Source: an uncultured Alphaproteobacteria bacterium
GTDB taxonomy: Bacteria > Pseudomonadota > Alphaproteobacteria > 16-39-46
Length of the DNA: 27,484 bases
Direction: 5' to 3'
NCBI GenBank assembly: GCA_964442815.1
Contig: CAYUAL010000001.1
Span: 1-27,484 of the forward strand
Numbering within the stretch: position 1 is the stretch's first letter; each line of letters opens with the position of its first letter. This document shows, piece by piece, positions 1 through 8,236 of this stretch. The notes beneath the pieces are model-generated. The model saw nothing but the letters and a program-made list of their open reading frames with translations, was not told the origin of the DNA and searched no databases. Position numbers and translations under genes: made by a program.

Positions 1-331
1 TAGTTTGCTCTTCTACAAACGCTAAATGAGAACGAGCTAACCCTGGTAGGTCTGCTGGATGAGTGCTTGCTTTAGCTTGAGTATACGCAGCATGGGCGTT
101 TGTTATTTTGTTATGAATATCTATAAAAAATTGCTCTGTACACCCCGGAGCATATTGAGCCAATATTCTTGTAGTCTCAATTTCCATCTCTTTTTTTGCA
201 TCTGCAGATGTAGTTTTTTTAGCTGATATGATCTTTCCATCTTGCGAAGGAGAAGCCCATATTTCTTCTAAAAAGAGACATAAAATACCCCCTACAAAAC
301 ATAGGAACATCCTTCTTGCATGCATAATCAT
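1..331 (-). CDS. Partial hypothetical exported protein (3' end runs off the window's left edge)
   Basis: Not in the ORF track; read by hand on the minus strand. ATG at 331 (alternative ATG at 325) gives an open frame to the edge: MIMHARRMFLCFVGGILCLFLEEIWA-SPSQDGKIISAKK... with a basic n-region, hydrophobic h-region and IWA cleavage-like site. Confidence 0.7.
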   Translation of the reverse strand, partial: MIMHARRMFLCFVGGILCLFLEEIWASPSQDGKIISAKKTTSADAKKEMEIETTRILAQYAPGCTEQFFIDIHNKITNAHAAYTQAKASTHPADLPGLARSHLAFVEEQT

Positions 332-450
332 AAAACCTTTTTTCTTTAATTAGATACTACGCAAAAGTATATAAAGATAGCAAAAGACCCTTTAATTTTT
401 ATTTTGAACAATATATCGTGATTAAAAATAATAAATAAAGATTAAATTAA

Positions 451-945
451 ATGGGCCGTTGCAAAAAAAACATAGAACGATTGAAAAACACTATAGTAGG
501 AACTGTCTTTATGGTTTTTGCTCTCTTTAATATAATATCTACAACACAGGCACAAACTACCTGTGTAAAGGAATGTGGTGTTGCTATATGGCCTCTTATA
601 AAAAATATGTCTACCCTTCCTAACACTATCTCTACATTAACGCGGCAACTAAAAAACAAACAAGGAGGTTTAAATATAAATGCGATTGGAAGCATATGCC
701 TTCCTAGTGATATAATTAATCCTCTTATAAATGGCTTCACATTAGCAAATTCTTGTAATAGTTCTCCTCCTTGTTGCAATAAAGATACTATCGATGCAGC
801 GAACACGCCTTTTGGAAACTATAGTTTAGACGTACAAATTGTATGCAATATAACAAGCAGCCTAAATCCTTATTCAGCTGAACTTATACAAGATATTAAT
901 TGCCTAAACTGCCAAGCTGCTGGGATAGAAGTTGCAGGATGCTAA
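451..945 (+). CDS. Secreted cysteine-rich hypothetical protein, paralog 1 of a tandem pair
   Basis: 164 aa. Signal-like N-terminus ending TQA-Q, 10 Cys in the mature part. Shares CxxxC, IGSxC, NxLINGF, CNxxPPCC and LNxYxxELxxDINxxNC with 1008..1451. Confidence 0.8.
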   Translation: MGRCKKNIERLKNTIVGTVFMVFALFNIISTTQAQTTCVKECGVAIWPLIKNMSTLPNTISTLTRQLKNKQGGLNINAIGSICLPSDIINPLINGFTLANSCNSSPPCCNKDTIDAANTPFGNYSLDVQIVCNITSSLNPYSAELIQDINCLNCQAAGIEVAGC

Positions 946-994
946 AGATCTCAATTACATTCCAATTTCCTCAGTTTTACATAAATAAAAAATA

Positions 995-1000
995 AAGGAG
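995..1000 (+). promoter_or_regulatory. Shine-Dalgarno site for 1008..1451
   Basis: AAGGAG 7 nt upstream of the ATG at 1008. Confidence 0.7.
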
Positions 1001-1007
1001 AATAAAA

Positions 1008-1451
1008 ATGAACTTTCCTAATACAAAAAGATCTCTCAAAACACTTCTCTTAATTAGCAGTATTTCTTTATCTTGTATTTTTAATGCGGCACCAGCACGT
1101 TCTGATTGTATATTGGACTGTGCACTTGCAATTGATCCTCTTCTTCGACATTTAGGAGCTATTGAGAGTATGATGGGACAATTCGCTTCCAATAAAGGAG
1201 GAAATCTCATAAGCAAGATTGGGAGTGCTTGCATAAATCAAACACTTTTAAATGGACTAATAAATGGTTTTACTACAGATTCTAATTATATGTGCAATGG
1301 TCAACCGCCTTGCTGTACACACGATAGCAGAGAAGCTTTATCTATCGCAGGATCAATAGCAAATACCCTTTGCCAAGCAGAAAACCTTAATTCTTATACT
1401 GTAGAACTTCTTAGAGATATAAATACCATCAACTGTGCTCTAGATAATTAG
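1008..1451 (+). CDS. Secreted cysteine-rich hypothetical protein, paralog 2 of a tandem pair
   Basis: 147 aa. Good RBS, signal-like N-terminus ending APARS-D, 8 Cys in the mature part, all alignable with paralog 1. Confidence 0.85.
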   Translation: MNFPNTKRSLKTLLLISSISLSCIFNAAPARSDCILDCALAIDPLLRHLGAIESMMGQFASNKGGNLISKIGSACINQTLLNGLINGFTTDSNYMCNGQPPCCTHDSREALSIAGSIANTLCQAENLNSYTVELLRDINTINCALDN

Positions 1452-1529
1452 TCCTTAAATATTTTCATTGCTGTTGTCCTTACGTTGGTCTAAGAATCAG
1501 TGTTGTTTTACAGCTAACACGGATGATCT

Positions 1530-3320
1530 ATGGCTTTACCCGTTCTCACCATTCATAATGGCGTGCTTCATTATGGCACGCGATCTATCTTCCAAGGTAT
1601 TGATATCAATATCTTGGAAGACGAGCATGTGTGCCTTATTGGCCGTAATGGGCAAGGAAAATCGACTTTATTAAAAGTCCTGGGCGGTATGGTAGAACTG
1701 GATAGCGGCACCTTGTACAAAAAACCACATACAAAAATTCATTACCTTCCGCAGGATTTATCTTTACCCCACGGAAAATCTGTTCGGGATATTGTTATGG
1801 AATCAGGCGCAGAAGAGTATGAGGCTGATATCTTTTTAGATGCTCTGACCCTCAATCCTTTAAGCCTTGTTGATAATTTATCTGGCGGAGAAAAACGGCG
1901 TGTCTTATTGGCTAAAACTCTTTCTGGTCACCCTGATGTGTTGTTGTTAGATGAGCCCACCAACCATCTAGACATTACAGGCATTCAGTGGCTTGAGGAT
2001 TATATTAAAGCCTTTAAAGGCGCGGTCGTTATGATAAGCCATGATCGACGCTTTTTAACGAACACATCGCGCTCCATCCTTTGGCTAGATCGAGGAGCGG
2101 CTCGCCGTAGCAATAGAGGCTATGCTTATTTTGAAGAATGGATGGAAGATATTGAGCAAAGTGATGCTAAGGCCTTAGACAAACTCGAATCTAAATTAAG
2201 AATAGAAGAACACTGGAAACAACGCGGCGTAACGGCTCGACGCAAGCGTAATCAAGGACGATTGGAAAAATTGTACCAAATGCGTGCAAGGCGTAGTCAG
2301 TTACTTTCCAATCAAACCAAAGCTGTCCAATTATCTGCCACAACAAATACATACGGTAACCAACTCGTGTCAGAATTGGTTAATGTTCAAAAGAACTATG
2401 AGGGGCGCCTGCACTTAGGGCCCTTTTCTGCGCGCATTTTTAAAGGAGATCGCATTGGCATCATTGGTCCAAATGGTAGCGGAAAGTCGACTCTCCTCAA
2501 ATTAATTATTGGGCAGCTCAAACCAGATTCTGGGCGTGTGCGCGTTGGCAAAACGATTGATGTTGCCTGGTTTGAGCAAGAACGCAATTCCATGGATGAA
2601 AATGAAACACCCTGGCAATATCTCTGCCCTAGCGGAGGAGATTCCATCCTGGTACAAGATACGCCCATGCATGTTGTTGGCTATTTAAAAAAATTCCTCT
2701 TTGATGACAAACAAGCCCGCGGACCAATTAGTACTTTATCAGGAGGTGAAAAAAATAGATTGCAGCTTGCTAAGGTTTTAGCACAGCCCTCCAATATCCT
2801 TGTATTGGATGAGCCCACCAATGATCTGGACATGGACACGCTCGATTTACTGACAGATATGCTTGCCGATTATAAAGGAACTTTAATTCTTATTAGTCAT
2901 GATCGGGATTTCGTTGATCAGTTGGTCACAGCTGTTTTCGCCATCCAGCCTGATGGTAAAGTAATTGAGTGCATCGGTGGGTATACAGACTATGAACAAA
3001 CTTCTTCTAAAACAAGCGTGCAACCTAAGCCCCTAAAGCAAGAGGAAAGGAAAGAGAGCCCTCTTAAACAGACTATTCAAAAACCTAAAAAACTAACCTA
3101 TGCGGACCAACGAGATTTAGAAGTCATTCCTCAGAAACTTGAGGATATAGACAAGCGGTTGAAAGAGATTGAATTTTTGTTAAGTGATTCTGACCTATAT
3201 ACTAAGAATCCTACGAGATTTGAAGAGCTCATAAAAGAAATGGCCGACTTAAAAGCGGCTCAATTGGCTTTGGAACATCGCTGGTTAGAAATCTCTCTAC
3301 GCCAAGAAAGTATGATGTGA
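1530..3320 (+). CDS. uup: ABC-F family ATP-binding protein (Uup-like)
   Basis: Two ABC domains (GRNGQGKST and GPNGSGKST Walker A, two LSGGEK signatures, LLLDEPTNHLD and LVLDEPTNDLD), linker WxxRGVTARRKRNQGRL, C-terminal KKLTY..coiled-coil tail, no TM segments. Confidence 0.9.
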   Translation: MALPVLTIHNGVLHYGTRSIFQGIDINILEDEHVCLIGRNGQGKSTLLKVLGGMVELDSGTLYKKPHTKIHYLPQDLSLPHGKSVRDIVMESGAEEYEADIFLDALTLNPLSLVDNLSGGEKRRVLLAKTLSGHPDVLLLDEPTNHLDITGIQWLEDYIKAFKGAVVMISHDRRFLTNTSRSILWLDRGAARRSNRGYAYFEEWMEDIEQSDAKALDKLESKLRIEEHWKQRGVTARRKRNQGRLEKLYQMRARRSQLLSNQTKAVQLSATTNTYGNQLVSELVNVQKNYEGRLHLGPFSARIFKGDRIGIIGPNGSGKSTLLKLIIGQLKPDSGRVRVGKTIDVAWFEQERNSMDENETPWQYLCPSGGDSILVQDTPMHVVGYLKKFLFDDKQARGPISTLSGGEKNRLQLAKVLAQPSNILVLDEPTNDLDMDTLDLLTDMLADYKGTLILISHDRDFVDQLVTAVFAIQPDGKVIECIGGYTDYEQTSSKTSVQPKPLKQEERKESPLKQTIQKPKKLTYADQRDLEVIPQKLEDIDKRLKEIEFLLSDSDLYTKNPTRFEELIKEMADLKAAQLALEHRWLEISLRQESMM

Positions 3321-3337
3321 GATGAAATTATCCTACA

Positions 3338-3360
3338 ACCTCTCCTCTTGTGGGAGAAGT
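3338..3360. terminator. Short hairpin between convergent uup and MBL hydrolase; possible bidirectional terminator or degenerate REP-like repeat
   Basis: acctctcct-cttgt-gggagaagt: arms match at 7 of 9 positions as an inverted repeat, in a 62-nt gap between convergent stops. Confidence 0.35.
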
Positions 3361-3382
3361 CGATTATTTTTTAAGGAAAGAC

Positions 3383-4150
3383 TCAAAACTCAATCACCAT
3401 GCCATCATAAGCAGGCTCTACGCCTTCCGGTAGTTGGCTTTTTAGCGTATCATAATCCATATCATGATTCATGTGAGTCAAAATAGCGCGCTTGGGTTTT
3501 ACACGCTCAATCCAACTTAGGGTAAGATCCAAGTGCGCATGGGTTAAAGCAGGCTCATACCGTAAGCAATCAACAACCCATACATCTAAATCCTTAAGAG
3601 CTTCAAAAGCAGTTTCCTTAAAAGCTACAACATCTGTGGAATAAGCAAAGTTCCCTATTCTATACCCTGTTGTTTTATTAGGTCCTCCATGTTCTTGCTC
3701 AAAAGGAATAATCTCTACGTTCTTTATACTAAAAGGCTTTTGCATGACGTAAGGCGTTAAAAAAGGCTTATGGTGCTCCACACTCCCAAACTCATCAAAA
3801 AAGATATAAGAAAACCGTTTTAAAAGTTCTTGGATTGTTGCGAGGGATCCATAGATAGGAATTGGCTTGTGCATAAGCACGCTCAAAAATTTGAGATCAT
3901 TAATACCGTGTGCATGATCTGCGTGCGCATGGGTATATAAAACAGCGTCTACCTTCTTAAGATTGTTTGCCAAAAGCTGCTCTCGCACGTCAGGAGAACT
4001 ATCAATCAAAAATGCCGCGTCTTGAGTCTCTACCAAAGCAGATGCTCTGTATCTTTTATTTTTTGAGTTGTTAGGATCGCACTCTCCCCAGCCGTAACAA
4101 AGACTTGGGACTCCATGCGTTGGACCGCACCCTAAGATAGTGACTTTCAT
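3383..4150 (-). CDS. MBL-fold metallo-hydrolase (PhnP-like)
   Basis: LGCG...GVP N-terminus, THAHADHAHG metal motif, AYSTD and LTHM motifs. 4-bp overlap with tatD, the usual alphaproteobacterial pairing. Confidence 0.9.
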   Translation of the reverse strand: MKVTILGCGPTHGVPSLCYGWGECDPNNSKNKRYRASALVETQDAAFLIDSSPDVREQLLANNLKKVDAVLYTHAHADHAHGINDLKFLSVLMHKPIPIYGSLATIQELLKRFSYIFFDEFGSVEHHKPFLTPYVMQKPFSIKNVEIIPFEQEHGGPNKTTGYRIGNFAYSTDVVAFKETAFEALKDLDVWVVDCLRYEPALTHAHLDLTLSWIERVKPKRAILTHMNHDMDYDTLKSQLPEGVEPAYDGMVIEF

Positions 4151-4944
4151 CGAGACACCTTCCAGAAAAGACGATAAAAGTTTTCAGTTGTCGCTTGTTT
4201 GAGTTCTTCCAAAGAAAGATTCTTTATTTCTGCAACGCAATACGCCGTATTGACCACATAGGCTGGCTCATTCGGTTTTCCACGATGAGGAACAGGTGCC
4301 AAAAAGGGGGCATCTGTTTCTACAAGCAACCGATCCAAAGGAACCTTTTTAACAATTTCGCGCAAAGTTTCTGCTTTTTTAAAAGTAACGATTCCAGAGA
4401 TGGAAATGTAAAACCCCATGGCCATAGTTTCTTCAGCTAGGTACTCCGTTCCACTAAAACAATGAATAACGCCTGGGGCTTTTCCGTTAAGAGACCCCAC
4501 TTTCTCCTCCTTAAAAATCTGTAAAAGATCTTCCTCTCCTTCTCGCGAATGGATTACCAGAGGAAGCTCTGTTTCCTGATGCACATGGATATGAGCCCGT
4601 AAACACTGCTTTTGGATTTCTTTGGGGCTATGTTCATAATAATAATCTAAACCTGTTTCCCCAAGCCCTACGACTTTCGGATAAAGTGTTCCTTGTTTAA
4701 GCTCTTCTTCGGTTAAGGAAGGATGCTTCTCTGCTTCATGAGGATGTACCCCAATGGTACAAAAAACGTCAGGATACGTTTGCGTAATTTTAAGAACTTC
4801 AGGAAATTCCTTCATTTCCGTAGAAATAGTAAGAAACTTCCCTACACCTACTTCACGCGCTCTTTGTAGAACACCGGGTAAATCTGCCTTCAACTCTGGA
4901 TAATTGAGGTGACAGTGACTGTCGATGAGATAAGTGTGAGACAT
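4147..4944 (-). CDS. tatD: TatD-family deoxyribonuclease
   Basis: DSHCH, GVHPH, GETGLDY, HSR, HCFSG and ETDAP motifs. Confidence 0.95.
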   Translation of the reverse strand: MSHTYLIDSHCHLNYPELKADLPGVLQRAREVGVGKFLTISTEMKEFPEVLKITQTYPDVFCTIGVHPHEAEKHPSLTEEELKQGTLYPKVVGLGETGLDYYYEHSPKEIQKQCLRAHIHVHQETELPLVIHSREGEEDLLQIFKEEKVGSLNGKAPGVIHCFSGTEYLAEETMAMGFYISISGIVTFKKAETLREIVKKVPLDRLLVETDAPFLAPVPHRGKPNEPAYVVNTAYCVAEIKNLSLEELKQATTENFYRLFWKVSR

Positions 4945-5080
4945 TGTATTAACTGTATTAATGTTAGAAAAGATATTAAGAAGTTTTATACTAAATAAAA
5001 AATCATATCCTCAATAGATAATTCTTCTCATTTGAAAAAAATTTCTGCATATTAATTGTTAGTATCAGGAAATACCCATC

Positions 5081-5296
5081 ATGCATATCACCAAAAAAGG
5101 ACAGGTAACTATACCTGCTCATATTAGGCAAAAATTTGGCTTTTTACCTAAAACAGAAGTTAACTTTATTATTAAACATAATGAAGTTATTCTTCAAAAA
5201 ATAAAAACTTCTTCGAAGAATGATTTTCGTTCCTTTTTAGGGTGCACCACAAACTCCATGAGTACAGATGAGATTATGCAATTAACCCGATCTTAG
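5081..5296 (+). CDS. AbrB/MazE/SpoVT-family DNA-binding protein (type II antitoxin-like), no toxin gene following
   Basis: 71 aa. ITKKGQVTIPAHIRQKFG is the swapped-hairpin signature; the C-terminal STDEIMQLTR is typical of antitoxins preceding PIN toxins. Confidence 0.85.
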   Translation: MHITKKGQVTIPAHIRQKFGFLPKTEVNFIIKHNEVILQKIKTSSKNDFRSFLGCTTNSMSTDEIMQLTRS

Positions 5297-5358
5297 AACA
5301 ATCTTTTTTAAGCAACGCAGTGTGCAGGGTTTAAGCTGAAAGCTAATGGAAAAAGAAC

Positions 5359-5518
5359 CGTCATCGCGAACCTAAGAAGCGTAAGCGTAATTAGGTGTGG
5401 CGATCCAGTAAAATACTAAAAGCTCGTTAGAGCTTTTCTACTTAAATAAATAAAGAGCTGCTACGCAGCACTTTTATGTTCTGGATTGCCGCAGGCCTTT
5501 CAGGCCCTCGCAATGACG
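5359..5518. repeat. ~160-bp nested palindromic element (MITE/REP- or Rickettsia-palindromic-element-like)
   Basis: Terminal IR cgtcatcgcga (5359-5369) / tcgcaatgacg (5508-5518), 10/11. Inner IR gtggcgatccag (5397-5408) / ctggattgccgc (5481-5492), 10/12. Internal hairpins aaaagctc-gtta-gagctttt (5418-5437), gctgc-tac-gcagc (5457-5469), ggcct-ttc-aggcc (5494-5506). Confidence 0.8.
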
Positions 5519-5579
5519 TCTTTCTCTTTTTCCACTATATTGGTGTAAAAATCTGAACTCTACGCTAAGCAATAACTTC

Positions 5580-7100
5580 TTACTCCTCCTCTACATATTT
5601 TGGAAATATAGGAAAAGGTGCTGGGAGGCTATTTCCTGGAACAAGGGCTTTAGAAAAATTTTTAAACTCTCGATCACTTGGTCCAATACTTAATAAATCC
5701 AGAATCTTTGTAGCTGAAGAGGGAATAACGGGCAGCAAAAGAAGAGTGACTTTGCGAATACTTTCACACAAAACATATAAAACCGTTTCCATTCTTTCAG
5801 GATCTGTTTTCCGCAAAGACCAGGGTGCCATATGATCTACATACTTGTTCGCTGCTGAAATCACTTTCCAAACTTCCTCCAAATAGCGATGAAAAGCTTG
5901 TTCTTCTAAAATAAGCTCTCTTGCGCGATCTAATAAAGCATCTGCTTTTTCTATAAACTCTTTATCTGCGTCTTGCAAAGTATGGGCTGAAGGGATAACT
6001 TCTCCTGCATTCTTATGAATAAAAAAAAGAACGCGTTGGACGAGGTTCCCTAGATCATTGGCTAAATCTACATTTAAACGCTTCACCATTTGCTCGTGAG
6101 AAAAGTCCCCATCTTGGCCAAAAGGTACTTCTCGCATAAGAAAATATCTTACCGCATCTAAGCCATATTTCTTTTCAATATCAAAAGGATTTATCACATT
6201 TCCTAAGGATTTTGACATTTTTTGCCCGTCTTTTGTCCACCATCCATGGGCATAGACTTTTTTAGGCAAAGGAAGCTCTGCTGCCATTAAAAAAGCAGGC
6301 CAGTATACGGCATGAAATCGGAGAATATCTTTTCCTACGAGATGGATAGCCTCTGGCCAAAATTTGCGCATTTTCTCTGTGTTTTCAGGATAGCCAAGTG
6401 CTGTAATGTAGTTTGTTAAAGCGTCCAACCAAACATACATAACATGTTTAGGATCATTGGGAACAGGCACCCCCCAATTAAAGCTAGTACGAGAAATAGA
6501 TAGATCTCTTAAGCCCCCCTTTACAAAACTAATCACTTCATTTCGTCGCGAAGGCGGAACAATAAAATCTGGATGTTTTTCGTAATATTCTAAAAGCTTG
6601 TCCTGGAAAGCAGATAGCTTAAAAAAGTAGCTAGGCTCCTCCACCCATTCTACAGGTGCTCCTGTTGGTGCTTTTCCATCTACTATTTCATCTGCTTCAT
6701 AAAAAGCCTCATCCCTTACAGAATACCATCCTTTATAAGATCCAAGATAAATATAGCCTTTCTTATAAAGAACATCCCAAAAAGCTTGGGCCCCTTTGAT
6801 GTGACGTTCTTCTGTCGTACGAATAAAATCATCTTCGGTATAATCCAGAAGAGGCCCCATCTCCTTAAAATTAAAAGATATCTTATCAACATATTCTTGG
6901 GGACTTATACCTGCTTTTTCAGCTGCCTTTTGAACTTTTTGCCCATGCTCATCCGTTCCTGTTAAGAAGTATGTATCCTTTCCATCCAAACGCGAAAAGC
7001 GTGCTAATACATCCGCAGCTAAACTTGTATACGCATGCCCAATATGAGGTACATCATTCACGTAGTATATAGGGGTCGTAACATAAAAAGGATTTGACAT
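5580..7100 (-). CDS. metG: Methionine--tRNA ligase (short form, no C-terminal tRNA-binding appendix)
   Basis: YVTTPIYYVN, PHIGHAY (HIGH), GTDEHGQK, YVWLDAL and KMSKS motifs. Confidence 0.98.
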   Translation of the reverse strand: MSNPFYVTTPIYYVNDVPHIGHAYTSLAADVLARFSRLDGKDTYFLTGTDEHGQKVQKAAEKAGISPQEYVDKISFNFKEMGPLLDYTEDDFIRTTEERHIKGAQAFWDVLYKKGYIYLGSYKGWYSVRDEAFYEADEIVDGKAPTGAPVEWVEEPSYFFKLSAFQDKLLEYYEKHPDFIVPPSRRNEVISFVKGGLRDLSISRTSFNWGVPVPNDPKHVMYVWLDALTNYITALGYPENTEKMRKFWPEAIHLVGKDILRFHAVYWPAFLMAAELPLPKKVYAHGWWTKDGQKMSKSLGNVINPFDIEKKYGLDAVRYFLMREVPFGQDGDFSHEQMVKRLNVDLANDLGNLVQRVLFFIHKNAGEVIPSAHTLQDADKEFIEKADALLDRARELILEEQAFHRYLEEVWKVISAANKYVDHMAPWSLRKTDPERMETVLYVLCESIRKVTLLLLPVIPSSATKILDLLSIGPSDREFKNFSKALVPGNSLPAPFPIFPKYVEEE

Positions 7101-7193
7101 ACGAGACCTTCTTTTTTATCTAAAAAGAGAAATTTTTTTATATTACCTCTTATTAAACAAAAGAAATATTAGTGCAAGCTCTATATCTTTCTT

Positions 7194-8231
7194 TTATTGA
7201 TAAGAATGTATTTTCTGGAATACGAGTGCCCAAGTCTGCTTAGCCTCAAGATCATATGTGTCTGCTTCTATCAGAAGAGTATGAATTTGATGCCATAGAA
7301 CTATCTTCCTTTCTTCTGGCAAGGGCCATAAAGGTGAGGATGTATCAACAAAAAGAAGGTCCCGAAAAAGAGAAAGAAAAACAAAAACTTTTTCCTCAAA
7401 ATTTAAAGCTTTGTTTCCTTTTTCTTTTGCAAAATATTTTTCAATAAAAGCTTGAGGATAGAAATCTTTTTTCTCAAGTATCATTGAGAAAGCTTCTTTT
7501 AAAGATTCATAAAAAGAATCTCCGCCCATATGGTTATATAGAAGGATCTGGCCTGGCATTCCGTTAAAACACTTTCTTTCCTTTAAGTTTGCCATTTCCT
7601 GCTTTTCTAAGGGAAACTGCTCTAGAACCCTCTCTTCTTCTTCTTTTTTAAGGAGAGAAAACTTTATTTTTTGTAGCCGTGATCTCAAGGTCGGTAGCAG
7701 CGCTTGTTCTTTATGCGTGCATAAAAAAAGATAGGCGTGAGCAGGAGGCTCTTCTAAACTCTTAAGCAAAGCATTGGCTGCCTGGGGTGTTAATTTTTCA
7801 GCTTCTTCTATAATAACGCACCGTGTATTCCCTTCCAAAGGAGTTTGGTGTAAGAAACGGATGATATCCCTAATTTCTTCTATACTTATGTCTGAACTTT
7901 TCTTAGAAGAATTTATAGTCTCTTGGTGAGAGGAGATTACTTTAAAATCACCATGGCTCCCCTGAACAATCCTGCGAAAAATAGGATGATCAGAAGAAAT
8001 ATCAAACGTATCTAAAAAGCCTTGCTTATCCTTAAGAAAAAGCCCGCGCGCAAGCCTATAAGCACATGTGGCCTTCCCTACACCTTTAGGCCCTGAAAAT
8101 AAAAGCCCATGGGGAAGCTTGTTTTGTTGGAGTAAACGCAGCAGAAAAGCTTCTTGTGGCTTGTGCCCGTAAAAAACATCTGTTTCAAAAGGGGCGCAAA
8201 CTTCCAAGAAACTCTCTGCCGCTTCTCTCAA
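7194..8231 (-). CDS. holB: DNA polymerase III delta-prime subunit
   Basis: HGLLFSGPKGVGKAT, ISIEEIR, AANALLKSLEEPP, LLPTLRSR. Directly upstream of metG; TTG start. Confidence 0.88.
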   Translation of the reverse strand: MREAAESFLEVCAPFETDVFYGHKPQEAFLLRLLQQNKLPHGLLFSGPKGVGKATCAYRLARGLFLKDKQGFLDTFDISSDHPIFRRIVQGSHGDFKVISSHQETINSSKKSSDISIEEIRDIIRFLHQTPLEGNTRCVIIEEAEKLTPQAANALLKSLEEPPAHAYLFLCTHKEQALLPTLRSRLQKIKFSLLKKEEEERVLEQFPLEKQEMANLKERKCFNGMPGQILLYNHMGGDSFYESLKEAFSMILEKKDFYPQAFIEKYFAKEKGNKALNFEEKVFVFLSLFRDLLFVDTSSPLWPLPEERKIVLWHQIHTLLIEADTYDLEAKQTWALVFQKIHSYQ

Positions 8232-8236
8232 TTTTC

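Noticed and set aside
463-470. A8 tract near the start of Cys-rich paralog 1 as a phase-variation site
   Set aside because: A/T runs of this length are common throughout this AT-rich window.
447-1234. Minus-strand ORFs 447..806 and 977..1234
   Set aside because: Antisense shadows of the Cys-rich paralogs, which are validated by mutual homology, signal peptides and an RBS.
5297-5358. Possible remnant of a VapC/PIN toxin after the antitoxin
   Set aside because: No start codon with a PIN-like hydrophobic-D-(T/S)-N motif in any frame; nothing alignable by eye.
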